Position numbers and translations under genes: made by a program. Under the pieces are notes generated by a model that saw only the letters and a list, made by a program, of their open reading frames with translations, was not told the origin of the DNA and ran no database searches. From Zootoca vivipara (Eukaryota), in the NCBI RefSeq assembly GCF_963506605.1, contig NC_083277.1, forward strand, positions 88,412,001-88,476,000: a stretch of DNA of 64,000 bases, given 5' to 3'. Shown one piece after another: positions 13,410 to 27,572 of this stretch; the first letter of the stretch is position 1, and every line of letters begins with the position of its first letter.

Positions 13410-13870
13410 TGCCATAGCTTGGTGGTAGAGCACATATACTGCAAGCAAGGGGTCCCAGGTTCAATCCCTGGCATCTCCAGGTTGGGTCGGGAGAGATCCC
13501 TGTCTGAAACTCTGGAAAGCCACTATTCAGTGTATAAAGGTAAAGGACCCCTGACAGTTATCCAGCCGCAGACGACTCTGGGGTTGTGGTGCTCATCTCG
13601 CTTTACAGGCCGAGGGAGCTGGCGTTTGTCCACAGACAGTTTTTCTGGGCCATGTGGCCAGCATGACTAAGCTGCTTCTGGTGCAACAGAACACCGAAAC
13701 CAGAGCAGCGCACGGAAACGCTGTTTACCTTCCTGCCGGAGCGGTACCTATTTATCTACTTGCACTTTTTTTGGCATGCTTTCGAACTGCAAGGTTGGCA
13801 GGAACTATTCAGTGTAGACAATGCTAACTAAGCTAGATGGACCAATGGTTTGACAATATAAGCTGGCTTC
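13410..13870 (+). mobile_element. Older tRNA-derived SINE (Squam3-like) interrupted by a Sauria SINE
   Basis: tRNA head TAGCTTGGTGGTAGAGCA...GGTTCAATCCC. The body resumes after 13804 (CAGTGTAGACAATG...AGATGGACCAATGG). Confidence 0.7.
13535..13803 (-). mobile_element. Sauria SINE, 5'-truncated
   Basis: Reverse complement of the family body and TSD ACTATTCAGTGTA. Confidence 0.92.
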
Positions 13871-14974
13871 TCCTGCCCTCATCCCGCGCAAAGCAATCAC
13901 TTTTGCCATTGTGTGCAGGGAGTATAGACTGGAGAGAGTAGCTGGATACCAAAAATAAAGTCTAGTCTTGCCTCATTCATCCCCCTGTCTGGTGAGGCTT
14001 TTCTACTTCCTGTATGGACCTCACCAATAGCAGCTTGAAAAGGATGCTTGGGTACTAGGAAACTTCTCTTTCTGCTGCTTCTGAATCTCATTAAGGTAAG
14101 TTTGGCCTTAGTCTTACTTAAAATTGTGTACCAGCTTTCGAATTATCTATTGGTTTGAAGTCCCCTCCTCATAGCAATACCTTGCTTGAAAAAAACCAAG
14201 CGCCGGTGCACTGCAGTCATTTCTTTTCAATGCGTAAATCCAGCTCAGAAGCCTCTACAGTTAGCAGGAATAAAAGGAGCCATTGTGTATCTGGCACATT
14301 ATCTGAATGTGAGATCCACCATCCTATTGTTTTCCAGCAACCTCCTGACCCTCAGTCCTGTTCACACTAGACATTGCAGGGGAGGTTTGAACTTGCTATG
14401 GAAAATGAAAGCTTTCCTCTCCCTGCCAGTTTAGGCAATGAGAGTTCAATTGCAAATTGATTTCTTTTGTATTTGCTCTGCTGAGCAGCCCCTGGCCACA
14501 GGATTAGCTCTGCTTAATTAGTAGCTCAGTGATGGCTCCTGTTGTGTGAAAACCTTAGTTTTGTGATGCTGAGGTTTGTGTTTCCTTCAGCTGAAGGAAC
14601 AAAAAGATGGGAAAGCCAGGGCACTTTTCTCTACTCATACCCAAGTGCTGGAGAATTGTTTCTTCCTGGGTGAAATTCATTGATGGGTTGATTATTTAAT
14701 GTCTATACCGCTTAGTATGTTAAAAAATATCTCGATAAGCAGCGTACAAAAAAACCCTGAAGCAACGGACAATCTAAAGAAAATACTACAAAAATGTGTT
14801 GCTCTGTGTTCAAAGCAGCCTCAGCAACTTGCGTCTCTGGGCCAAGTCTGGTGCCACACACAGAGCTATGGAAGCCCCAGCAATCAGCTGATTGTTGGCA
14901 GCCCAGGCAGCATTGCAGGAGCTGCTGATGGGCAGTGTCCGCAAAAACACCCCTGGCCAGCTGTATCTGTACTT

Positions 14975-15190
14975 GTTACTTATGTAATGTGTATCCCTCC
15001 CTTCCTCCTGAAGGAGCTCAGAGCAGCAAACATACAAATGATACAACAATTAAAACACATCTGAAAACAATTCCAGTACAGATGCAGGCTGGGAAAGATC
15101 TTCAGTAGGGTGCTTGAAAGGTGGTGGCACCTGCCGAATATGTAACAGGAAGGAAGTCCAAAGAGAAGATGCCATGACACTAAAGGCCGG
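14975..15190 (-). mobile_element. Old L2-like 3' end remnant
   Basis: Degenerate similarity to L2 3' UTR and ORF end (...atccctcccttcctcctgaaggagctcagagcagc..., ...gccatgacactaaaggcc). Confidence 0.5.
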
Positions 15191-15454
15191 GGTGTGGACC
15201 TTGGGGTGGAGGGCATGTCCTGGGCTTCACAGCTTCCATTCTTGGTGGGGTGGAGACAAACAAAGGCTACCCAGGCTGTTGCTTTTTGTCTCTTGGCAAA
15301 ACCATTGGCTGGTTTTTAAAGTGTACTGGGGAGAAATCTGGAGCTCCTTGTGGTTATTTGTTTGAATTAAACATCTTGGACAGCAGCTGCCTCCATCAAG
15401 CAGGGATTGATCTGTCAATTTCAGTTTCTCTGATTTTCATTTTTCTACTCTTAA

Positions 15455-15697
15455 GTAAGGTAAAGTTAAAGGGACCCCTGACCATTAGGTCCTGTCGTGA
15501 CCGACTCTGGGGTTGCGGCGCTCATCTCGTGTTATTGGCCGAGGGAGCTGGCATACAGCTTCCAGGTCATGTGGCCAGCATGACAAAGCCGTTTCTGGCG
15601 AACCAGAGCTGCACACGGAAACGCTGTTTACCTTCCCGCTGTAGCAGTACCTATTTATCTACTTGCACTTTGATGTGCTTTTGAACTGCTAGGTTGA
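15455..15697 (-). mobile_element. Sauria SINE, 5'-truncated
   Basis: AAGGTAAAG tail and family body on the minus strand. Confidence 0.9.
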
Positions 15698-18600
15698 TCA
15701 GCATTTTAGCACAAATTTCTCCAAACACACACATTTTGCAAAACAACGTCCCCTAATATAATACCTTTCTGTGTTCATTTTTTGCATACAGTACGTATTG
15801 CAAGATTTGGATAAATGCAAATTTTGAAAGATATGTGCGTGTTTTGGTTTGGATATTGTTTCGGAAAGTGAAGTGGGGATCAATTAGGTACGTGGACTGA
15901 ATCAAATTTCTTGCCCATCCTTACCTTCAAGACAAGCTGGTGCCCTTCCTTCGTGGCTGCCTTCCTGCCTTCCTTCCTTCCTGATAGGAAGTAGGAAAAG
16001 AATTTGCATAACTATATGATTATGTACCAAACCAGTTCCTACTAGCACCACTTTAAAATTGGCAGGAAGCTGTTGAGATGCTCCTGCTGAGATCCTGACC
16101 CAAGAGGAAGAGTGCAGCAGGCTGCTGTGCCCTCCATGTAGGTTAGGCATTCAAGCAAGGCAGTGAGGAGTGATGGGAAAGAAACTGTTGACAGTGGCTG
16201 TGGGAGAGCAGTTGTGCCAGGTCGGGACAGTGACCAAGGTGGGAGTGGGCTATTGAGGGCACCTTGCCAAAGTCCCTCAAAGCATAGCTATTGAAAAAGA
16301 AGCCCCTCTGAATGTTTTTATACATCACAACATAGATTTAAGGTAACTTTGCAACTGATGCTAAGAACTCTGTTTTATTATCCCCTACCCCACCCCCGGA
16401 AGTCAAATTTGTGAATATGGTTAATCGGCCATCATTTTTTTCAAATGACCAAAGTGGCTACTAAGTTCAAAAGACCTGCTGTGCAAATAGATCTGGTTCA
16501 GGTGATCGTATCTCAACTCACTAAGCGGCAAGGAATTCAAGCTCTTTGCTGGTATGTAGAGCCCCTTCACTTGAGCTGCGCTTAAACTTGGAAGTGTCTA
16601 ACCAATCATTAGTTTCCCATTTCATCCAAACTTGGAAATGATGGTCGCCAGTTTAAGAACATCTGCTGCAGCTAGTGGTTAAGGAGGAGAGAACTTAACC
16701 ACAGGCCTGGGATGGGATGCCACACTAAGCCATATCTTGGCTTAGCTGCCACCCAACACTGATTTAAAAGGACCGGAGAGGCGCAAAGCGGCTGCAATCT
16801 CATCCCTGGTAGTTTGCATCTTCACATATTAGCACTAAGCTATGGTTTGGCTTGCTATTCCTTGCAGATTTAGCCATTATGAGGTGTATACAAATAAAAT
16901 AAGCTATACTGCTTTTTGCCACCTTGACTGTATATAAGGGTATGCCTCTTAAAGTTTTCAAAAATGGTATCCTGTATGTGTTTTTGGCCCGTTGCCTGAC
17001 ATTAACAATAGTAAAAATATGTAGAAGGAATAGAGATGTCATATGCATCCTGAATCTGCTCTGTGGCCCCATCCGTGTGCACTGTGAGATTATTGTACTG
17101 GAAAACAGCCTATGACCTCTCCCACTCTAAGAAAATGTGAGTCATCGCTACCCAGACCCAGGAAATGTAAGTATCTCACAAGCAATATTACTCTTTCCAG
17201 GTGCTTTCCCTAGATAGTGGCATGTGCTGCCTAGCTTTGGCACTGCAGCTTTCAGGAAGTGATGGCCTATGGTTAGAACTTAACTTGAACCTGACTTTAT
17301 AGAAGAAGTCTGGAAAGAAGCTGCAGGAGATGCAGGTCACCAGCTGGACTGAGGTGGTGGCACACCTGCGATAAGAAACCGATGAACTATATTTCGGCAA
17401 ATCTGTTAATATAGCAGGTAAGGTGCAAGGCTGTGGAAAATCACAGCACAAAAGGTTGGAATTGAGGCAAGTGTAAACTGCAGGCCTAAGCATGCTTACT
17501 TGGAAGTCAGCCTCCCTGAACTCAGTTGGAGTTACATGTAAGCATGCAGTAAAACCAGGTAATTGGAAGCAATTTAGGAGAAACTCTAGTGTAAGCAAAG
17601 AGAGAATTCTAAGGGACCAACTGCAGGATTCAGAAGGAAGTGACATTGACTGTTTTGCCTGGATACTTCTGAAGAGCTGCATGCCGCAGTTCCACACAGA
17701 AATGGTCAGTAAATCAAGAAAGTGACATGTTGGGCATGCATTTTTGATAAGGTTCTGACTGCAAGAAATTCCTTGTAGCTGGTTTATTAGAGTGGGGGAT
17801 GAAAGTCTGGCGTGATGGAATATCCTTGAAAGATGTCGTTGCATATCTGGTGGATGCTGTGCCATAATGCACAAATTGATAGTATGTTCTTCTTTTTTGC
17901 CTTCTCCCCCACATCTGTTTTCCTTGATCAGGCAAACGACATTCACTTTATCAGACTGTGTTACAGCAGAGATTAATATTGGTCTTCCTCCCTTCCATCC
18001 CTGATTTACACCAGCAAGCTTTTTCTTCTCTGTTGGACAATGGACAAGAAGAAGCATGAAGGCACCTCGACTTCCTTGTGTTTAATCCTTTCAGGACAAG
18101 AATATCCCAGCCCAAGACCTGTCACTGAAAAGCAGCTTCATAGCCCAGCCCTGGCTGCTGAAAGAATATTCCTCTTCTGATGTTTACATCTTGCTTTTCT
18201 TTCAACTAGTAGGATGCATTCCAGACTGTCCCTTTTTAAGAAACTGGTAACCTTTATAGAACTAGCTACAAATCTATATGCTTTAAGAAACGAAAAACAC
18301 AGTAATCTTTAGAGGACAATATTAGCTGTGTTGCTATGGTGCAGTGTGGGGGCGGCTAATTAGACACAGATACATACAAAGTTTTCTGGTGTCCATGGCA
18401 ACTATCAGGCGTAAGAAGAAGAAGAAGAAAAATAATACAGTAACTTGAAATGCCCCCCCCCCCAAATCCTTCCTGGATAGTGTAGCTTTTGTCTTTGACT
18501 ACTATTGTGAAATTCTGCAATGATGTTTGAAAGGAGAATTCTACTTTCATTTTATTAAGAGCCTTTCGACAGTTGGGACAGGTTTAGCCTGTATACACTT

Positions 18601-19477
18601 GTCACCTCCTCCCTGACAATTGCAAGGAGACCTATTGATTACAGTAGAAAGGTAAATTTGTGAGAGAGGGAGGTGACTTCTATACAGTTGCACTGGATAG
18701 AATGCAGGTGAAAAGGGAGATTCCAGACTGGGGTTGAGATAAAGCCAATTCAGGTGAGATTTGTGTCTATGTGGGGAAGACCATTTTTTGCATTTGTGTA
18801 TGTGGTGTTTTAATTCTAGTGGCAAATTATGACCTGTGCTCCTGAAGGTTGGTTCGTTAGGCTGCTTCATTATGCAAATAATTCTGTCCAGCCTGCAAAA
18901 CACCGACTTGTCATGCACCCAGTAAGGGTGTGCACTGACCCCAAGTTGCAATGAATGCTTTAAGTGAGAAGGCAAGGAAATGTGTTTTCTTCCTTTGCAG
19001 CATACATAGGATCTATAGGGAGATATAGGATTTGTTCCCTATTTCAAGCATGCAGAAAGTCTTTGGTAGCAGAACTGGGAAATAAATGTGCCGGAGGCCT
19101 TGGGAGACCCACTGTTGGTGGGAGTTGACAATACTGGGTTAATACGTCGACAAAGAAGTATTGTGAAAATGCTGTGTGGAATTTATTAGTGGATTTGACA
19201 CTGTCAGACAGGCTCATTTGAGACCGGGAGTGGCCAGCTCATCACAGAAAGTTATTGTCTCTCTTTCGTTGTCCATATACACTTGCTTTTCTAATTCATT
19301 ACCAGTCAGGAATGGGTCACACCCACTTAGATTGGATCTTTTCCTCTTTTGAATGAATCTCATTTTCCTCTGTGTGCTTTGTAGTAATGTGGCACACCCA
19401 TCTCTTGCATTGCTGGGCCTCTGACCTCACTTTGCAATAACATCCACCACATTCCCCCTACTCCCATTGCCTGTACC

Positions 19478-19516
19478 TGTGTGTGTGTGTGTGTGCGTGT
19501 GCGTGTGTGCGCGCGC
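19478..19516. repeat. (GT)n/(GC)n microsatellite
   Basis: Direct observation. Confidence 0.9.
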
Positions 19517-22500
19517 ATGCTTTTATATGCCAGCTGAGGATAGCCATATGTGTCTCATGGAATGGTCTGTGGCTCACATAAGCTCTAGGAAAGAAGCTGA
19601 ATGGCATTTAGTTCCAGATGAGTTCCAATGGCTGTGGATACGAAAGTTGCATGGTTTAACACTGTACAGTCACTTAGAAACAGCCCATCTCTGTGGGTTC
19701 TCTTTTTGCTGATTTTTTTAAAGGATATGTTAATAGTTGGGCTTGTAAGGTAGCTTCACAGATCATTCTTTCTCCTCCTCCCACCTTAAAGTAGATGGGA
19801 CCTTTTAATATTTTTTAAAGCCTTTGCTTTATGGAACTTAAACCAAATAATGATTGAATATAGGTAGGCAGGAACCATCCCTTATGGTATAACTGTGATT
19901 TAAATTGATAGGATGAGACAGTGTTCTTGATTAGTCAGCCTGCAAAACTGAAATCCTGGACTTATTTAGGAATAATAATGGAAATGGTACCATGAGGACT
20001 TGAGCAAAATTCAGGCAACATCATAAAATGGCTACTCTTTTTAAGGACAGGTTCTGTGCTGGTTGGCTCTGTTCAGTGTTGTGTAAACCATTGTGCACAT
20101 TCTGATGCATGAATGATCAGCGTTGCAGGTAAGGTGGAAATAAAGCAGCCAGGCTGTACTCACCTATTAAAATGTAAAGAGTTCTGGTTGAGCAGAGCTG
20201 AGTGTCGGAGACTTAGAGGGCAAGAAGTGAGTGTGTCCATTAATACCCTTTGTCATAAGAGTTAAAAGGGGTCTTTCTCCGGGAGGGAGCAATTCTTATA
20301 ACACCCTTATAAATAAATAATGAAATGAAATATTAGTAGAGATGTGCACTAGAATGCTGATGAATTCTCATGGGGATTTTTTTTTTTTAAAAAAAGAATT
20401 GCAACCAGTTGTGGAAATGCGGCAAACTGAACTTAATACAGTATTGAAAAAAATGATAGTCTGAGAGAACCCCAAAATTGACAGGTTTGTCTTTCACTAG
20501 ATGGAAATAGATGCTTCCATCTTCCTTTAAAGGTGTCAAAGAAGTGTAGGAGTGAGGATCGGGCAATGACGGCATTGTAGGGGATGGTGGCTGGAGGAAC
20601 ACATGGCTGCCTTGCTCGTTAGATTCTGTGCAGAGTGTCAGATGTTGCAAGCATGTGTCTGCCTCAGCCCCTTAAGGGACTTGGCAAAGACTAAGCAGGC
20701 CAACGTGCTTGGAACATATCTGAGGTCATAGGTTTGTGAAATCTATGCATAATGCGATGCAGGCCTTGTTTGGGCTCATGCTGGTGTCATCTGGAGTTAA
20801 ATGTGAGTTGTAAATAAAAGCTTCCTTTCCAATTGGCTTGTTGAACTGTGCTTGGTGATAGCGGTTTTGTGAGGCTCTGCGTTGATCTGAACTTTTGGAT
20901 GCGTTCCCAGGCCTTCTCTCTTTTGCCTCTCCCACCCAGTCGTGCTGTGTAGATCCTCTGTGAATCAGGCCTGTCCACTGCCTCAAAGAGCCGAATGCCG
21001 AATGGAGGTTTGTAGCAAACCATGGAAAAGGATTGAACATGGCTGTGCCATCATTATAGAACGGTGGTGGAGAGCTCTCTCTGCTGATCTCACAAATGCC
21101 ATCATTATATTCATTCATTCCCCTAAAGGAAAAGATGATCTCCCCCTTTCTAAATCCTGAAATCCCTAAGTTTTAAATGAACAGGTATTATGCCACAGGT
21201 GGGGACCAGCATGGCTGTTTTGATTTTTAAACAATGGGGCTGGTGTGCTGGTGTTTAAACTGTTCACAGAAACGGTAGAATGCACATCTGTTGGATAATT
21301 TCAGGTAAATAGTCCCCGCTTATCTGGCTATCATTCACATTTAAAAGGGCTGTTTCCTGCCTTTAAGATACCATGGCAACCATGTTAGCAATTCAGAAAC
21401 AAGTAAGGTAGTTTCGGGTGGGAACTTTGGCTTCTCTGGGTAGCTTGTGAGAGCAGCCGCAGAGCTAGAAGTTGTTCAGTGCAGCACAAAAGCAAGGTCA
21501 GCTTCCCACAGGAACAATATGCAAAACCCAGATCCTAGAATGTGCCAGGAGCAGGTTGCTCTACAAAATGCGAGAGGAACTTTATACGTTGTAAGCTAAC
21601 ATAAACTTACGAGGTGGAGCAGGCTTTGCATCTCAATACTTTGTGCAAGGAAATTCCTGTTGGAGCTGCAACAAACCTACTCTCAGGGTCTCCAAAGGTT
21701 GATGTTGTTTCCATAAGCCAAATAGTTGCTGGATATTCAAAGCCAGTGTATGTGCATATTTGATTTCAGCATATCTCAGGATATTTGGCAGCCAGCAACT
21801 GATATGCAGTGGCATTTAGTGTTGACATATCAGCTATTAGTACCTGACAATGGTTGTCAGTATCTGATAGTTTATACTTTATGGCACTGTTGTTTGACAT
21901 CTTGATGAGCAACAGGGAAGTCTAAAGTACTTGGATTTAAAACTTTGATGGATTTCAGATATACAAATTTTTAGCCCCACAGAGTAGATTCTGTTCTACC
22001 CATAATCCAAATGATTTATGTTGCTAGTTGATGATCCACCTTCCAGAATCGCTGTGATCAGCATTGCAGGTACTCCGTGCCAAAGGGAACAAAATTCTCC
22101 TCCAAAATAAACTATGAAAACTAATCAGATTTGCAGGCATTTATTTAATTCAAATAGATGGTGAAGTTGTTCTTTAAAAAGCCTGCGGGTGTTCTGTTAT
22201 GGATGTGTGGGAAGAGAAGGCATGTTAAGTATTGTGGCTACAAGAAAAAGGCAGAATGATAGAGACACATATTACTGTATAAAACTTTTGATAATCCAGC
22301 AATTCAGTTGCATGACATTCTCCATTGCCCTGATGGCTGTAAATGGTTTAGAAAAGTCACTGCAAGTTAAGATGCTTGGAATTCCAGATTTCTGCAGCAG
22401 AGTCTGTGGGCTCATGTGGGCCAGGATCAACCTGAAGAATATTCTGAGATGGCCATTGAAAACTCCTAATGAATTCTCAGAACACCAGAGAAGGTGGCTG

Positions 22501-23185
22501 CAGGAGGAAAACTAATTACACCTTCTTGCTCACAGTTTTGGGGTTGCAGGGCATTGTGTACTTGAAACAGGCCTAAATATAGAGCAGGAGAAACTCTTTG
22601 CTTGGAGACAAGAGCTGAGCCTCCTTGCAGCTGAGCTTCACTGATGTAAAAGGTCTGTCCGTCTTTCAGCTGTAAGTAGAGCACTCTAATGGTACCTGAA
22701 TCAAAGCTAGAGTTTGCTCTTGTATTCTGTTCTAGATTTCTCCCATTCTATTGTATTCAATCAGTGACTGCCAGGGTCAGGGCCTAACAATGGGGATACA
22801 AGCCATTTGCAAAGTTTTTACTGCTCATCTTCTGCGAGCAACACTAGCTCTTGAACTTCCAGTAGGGTTTTTATTTTTTAAGTATGGCTCATTTTTCAAA
22901 CTGGGGTGACTTCAAACCTCGTGAACTGATTTTCCTTTACCAGCTAAACCAAAACTTATCATAGCTACAAAGTTAATCTAATTATTTCCCATGTTTTAAG
23001 TGCAATGTAACATTTCCTTGCGGTCTGTGTAGGGAAAACTTTTTAATTTTTTTTTTAAAAAATGGGGTGAATTGAATGCTGGTAGAAGTTGTTGACTCTG
23101 GAGATTTATACCCAAAGTAATCATCCTACCTCAGCTTCTATTTTTATTTTTCTAAGTCAATCTCTCTGTGTTAAAATGTTGGGCA

Positions 23186-24150
23186 TTGTTGTTGTCGTTT
23201 AGTCATGTCCGACTCTTCATGACCCCATGGACCAAAGCATGCCAGGCACTCCTGTCTTCCACTGCCTCCCACAGTTTGGTCAGACTCATGTTAGTAGCTT
23301 CGAGAACACTGTCCAACCATCTCGTCCTCTGTCATCCCCTTCTCCTTGTGCCTTCGGTCTTTCCCAATATTAGGGTCGTTTCCAGGGAGTCTTCTCTTCT
23401 CATGAGGTGGCCAAAGTATTGGAGCCTCAGCTTCACGATCTGTCCTTCCAGTGAGCACTCAGGGCCGATTTCCTTCAGAATGGATAGGTTTGATCTTCTT
23501 GCAGTCCATGGGACTCTCAAGAGTCTCCTCCAGCACCATAACTCAAAAGCATCAATTCTTTTCTTTATGGTCCAGCTTTCACTTCCATACATCACTACTG
23601 GGAAAACCGCAGCTTTAACTATATGGACCTTTGTCGGCAAGGTGATGTCTCTGCTTTTTAAGATGCTGTCTAGGTTTGTCATTGCTTTTCTCCCAAGAAG
23701 CAGATGTCTTTTAATTTCATGACTGCTGTCACCATCTGCAGTGATCATGGAACCCAAGAAAGTAAAATCTCTCACTGCCTCCATTTCTTCCCTTTCTATT
23801 TGCCAGGAGGTGATGGGACCAGTGGCCATGATCTTAGTTTTTTTTGATGTTGAGCTTCAGACCATATTTTGCGCTCTCCTCTTTCACCCTCATTAAAAGG
23901 TTCTTTAATTCCTCCTCACTTTCTGCCATCAAGATTGTGTCATCTGCATATCTGAGGTTGTTGATATTTCTTCCAGCAATCTTAATTCCAGCTTGGGAAA
24001 CATCCAGTACAGCCTTTTGCATGATGAATTCTGCATATAAGTTAAATAAGCAGGGAGACAATATACAACCTTGTCATACTCCTTTCCCAATTTTGAACCA
24101 ATCAGTTATTCCATATCCAGTTCTAACTGTAGCTTCTTGTCCCACATAGA
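23186..24150 (-). mobile_element. BovB (RTE clade) LINE, 5'-truncated, RT region plus 3' end
   Basis: Minus-strand ORFs encode SPCLFNLYAE...NNLRYADDT (RT YADD motif) and FPVVMYGSESWT...IDAFELWCWRRLLRVPWTARRSN, which is BovB-type. Frameshifted, with a (CAA)n tail. Confidence 0.95.
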
Positions 24151-25408
24151 GCTACATTGAACAGTATGGCTTGCAGAGCTGTTCTCATTGTAGCTACACC
24201 TGACATTCACACTGGGTGGTATCCAACTAACTCATTTAATCAGTGATAGAGTTCCACTTGCACAACAGAGATCTCCCCCCTTTTCTCTCCTCCTGCACTT
24301 CCTAGATCAGTTCTGAAAGTTCCTCCAACACCCTGGAGTAGGTTTTTTGGGGTGGGTGGGTGGGGAGTAAGTGGCGGGAGAATTTCATTGTGCAAGCAGA
24401 AATCCTTGTGCTGATGGAACAAGTTAGTTGGATACTTCCTATTTATTTATTTTTTGTAGTAAATTTTTTATTTAGCAATAAGCCGTAACAGCAGCAACAA
24501 AACAGGAACCTTCAGAGTTGAGCCACAAATTTAGCTCTTCATTTCCTGGTTACCAGTGCAAATAAGGGAACAAAGTAACATAGTTTTCAGATAGCTCCCC
24601 TCCCCCCCCAAAAAAATCTTGTAAATTTTTAAAAGTATAGCAATATTCTTCCTGACACTAAACTCAAATATTTTTCAAAAGGATCCTTACAAAGAGGGCT
24701 TTGAGTAAAATAATGAGCAATATCCTATATAACTGGGTAATTTCTTATAGTGGTCATCTAAAAAAGCAGAGGGCATGACTTTAAATTTTAATTCTGTAAA
24801 CAGGTTCCTAAATGGAACTAAGGTAATTCGTTCTAAATAGTTACCTTTTCTGGTGATCTGGCTTGACACCCATGTTGGATACTAGTTTTTTTCCAGGTGT
24901 TTGTTTTAGCTGATAAAACAAACGACTAAGGATAAGTATACCTGAGAAAACATCTCATTGCTTGTGTCCTGTTAGCTTCTCTGAGATCCCCTAGAGATGC
25001 TCTATTAATGATACCACCTGTGCTGCAGGTTTAGACACCAAGTGTTCAAAAGAAAGACATTCTTAGTACTGTAGTTGTACCCCAGCTATGGAACTACTCA
25101 TTGCAAGCTTGTCAAAGTTGAACCATAGACATGTTTTGGACCAACCTCTTTTGATTGGCTTTCGTGCCCACAGTTAAATTAGCAAAGGGTGGAAACATGT
25201 CAATGGTGTTCTAATATGATGTCATATAATTTGCTGTTTTCCTTTTCTTGCATTACGTACTCTGAACTTCAGGATAGTGTGTGTGGATTATAAAACAAAA
25301 TACAGTGGGATGAACTTTCTGGCTTGAAGGGCAGCCATGGAAGCCACAGTGGTGTACTTGTTTTGTAAAAAGGTTATTTGTATAACGCTAAGCCTAATTT
25401 ATGAAGAT

Positions 25409-25765
25409 GGGATGCGGGTGGCGCTGTGGGTTAAACCACAGAGCCTAGGGCTTGCCAATCAGAAGATTGGCGGTTCGAATCCCCGCGACAGGGTGAGCTC
25501 CCATTGCTCGATCCCAGCTCCTGCCAACCTAGCAGTTGGAAAGCACGTCAAAAGTGCAAGTAGATAAATAGGTACTGCTACAGCGGGAAGGTAAACGGTG
25601 TTTCCGTGTGCTGCTCTGGTTCGTGAGAAGCGGCTTTGTCATGCAGGCCACATCACCTGGATGCTGTACGCTGGCTCCCTTGGCCAATAGCGTGAGATGA
25701 GCGCCGCAACCCCAGAGTAGGTCACGACTGGACCTAATGGTCAGGGGTCCCTTTACCTTTACCTT
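25409..25765 (+). mobile_element. Sauria SINE, full length
   Basis: TSD TAATTTATGAAG (25395-25406, 25766-25777). Confidence 0.93.
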
Positions 25766-26267
25766 TAATTTATGAAGGGAATGGATGAGCCGTGTGATAC
25801 TGCCAGCATCGTTGCTATTAGAAATTCCAGACATCATTCAGTTTGTAGAAAATGTCACAGCCAATAGGTTTACATGACATGAAGGACAACCAATTTGAAC
25901 AGTGTAGGACTTACTGGGAAGTATCCCTCTTTAAGACACTTCAAAGCTAATAATTGGGAATACAAGGATTCCAGGGTTCCATGCTTTGCATGATGGGATG
26001 TTTATATGCCCTACCAACCTTAGAGAGCTGAACCCTTTTTTGTTTAAAACAAATCGAGATATTTGCACGAAGCAATAAATCTTTATGCAATCCTAGGTCA
26101 ACTATTTAAATCAAGAAGGCTGTCACTCTGCACATGCTCAGAACCACATCAGCGTTATTTATCAGTGTGCTATTTTTTCTTCTTATTGGACATGGCAAAT
26201 GAAGTCCATCATACATTTGTGAAGTTACTGCAGCTAAAACAGGATTCTTTTATATTGTGTTGTTGTA

Positions 26268-26349
<82 letters not shown>
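26268..26349. repeat. (CT)n(GT)n compound microsatellite
   Basis: Direct observation. Confidence 0.95.
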
Positions 26350-26350
<1 letters not shown>

Positions 26351-27243
26351 AAGGACACATGCTCCCCAGCTGCAGGGTGGGATGGGTCATAAATGCTATA
26401 ATTGTTTTTTCCCCAAGACCTCCCTCCCACTGAATAGTTCTATTTGGCTGATTTTTCCCCGTGGCTGCATTTTTCCAAGCTGAATCTCATTTTGTTATTT
26501 CCTGCCCATATTTCTGACCTCTTTAGTTTCCTTTTGTGGCTTGCCTCTTGTCCACAGCACAGCTCTGTGTCTGCAGCTTTTAGTATCATCTCTGTGTACT
26601 GAGTTGATTTTTCTTAACTCTCTATGAAAATATGAATAAATATGAATAAAGCTTGACAGCTTCCCTTAGTCTGCCGGACTGGTCCCCCACCCCCACTTTA
26701 AAGACTTTGTCAGTTTGTACCTTGGCACTGTTTCCTTATAGTTTAGTTTAAAAACAAAACAAAAAACTAAGACCATAAACAGGAGTAAAAGCTCCTATCA
26801 AGTACTGCAGTGCGTGTAACTGAAGCTGCAACTTTCTAAGCAGTAAACCCCATTGAACAGTGGGAATTATTTCTCAATAAACATGCATAGGATGCCAAGG
26901 ATACTTTTGGTGCTTGAAAGTGCTTACGGTAGTTCACTCTAATCTTTAAGAATGTGGCTTGTCCTATCAAAGGAAAACCGGCCACTTATGTTTTTAGGGT
27001 AGGGATGCCCTTGAAGTTTTGGATAGGAGCCATTTTTATTGACTTGCCAAATACTACTACTACTTCTTTTTTTTTTTAAGTCACCCGTTCCACCTTGCAT
27101 AAAGTTCTATGGCAAATGTTAAAAGCAACAAAAACAAAGGAAACTTCTGGTTTTCTGATCTTTTCAGTTCTGATCTCAGTAATGTCCCAGATAGGTATTA
27201 GATAAATCATGAAGCAGGAGTATAGAATTCTATATGATTCTAT

Positions 27244-27383
27244 NNNNNNNNNNNNNNNNNNNNNNNNNNNNNNNNNNNNNNNNNNNNNNNNNNNNNNNNN
27301 NNNNNNNNNNNNNNNNNNNNNNNNNNNNNNNNNNNNNNNNNNNNNNNNNNNNNNNNNNNNNNNNNNNNNNNNNNNNNNNNNNN
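27244..27383. other. Assembly gap (N run)
   Basis: 140 N. Confidence 1.
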
Positions 27384-27400
27384 ATAGAATCATATAGAAT

Positions 27401-27459
27401 TCTGCACCATTTTAGTGACCTCCAGGTTCTAATAATATTTACCAGTATGTATGTATGTA

Positions 27460-27492
<33 letters not shown>

Positions 27493-27572
27493 TTGTGTGT
27501 GTTATTATTATACACACATATATATTACCGGTAAATATTATTAGAACCTGGAGGTCACTAAAATGGTGCAGA
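27401..27572. repeat. 47-bp inverted repeat with microsatellite loop
   Basis: Arms 27401-27447 and 27526-27572 differ by one mismatch. The loop is (TATG)n(TG)n. Confidence 0.9.

Noticed and set aside
17188-18057. 289-aa minus-strand ORF, the longest in the window
   Set aside because: No recognisable domain, non-ATG start, crosses a degenerate repeat, and has the composition of random intronic sequence.
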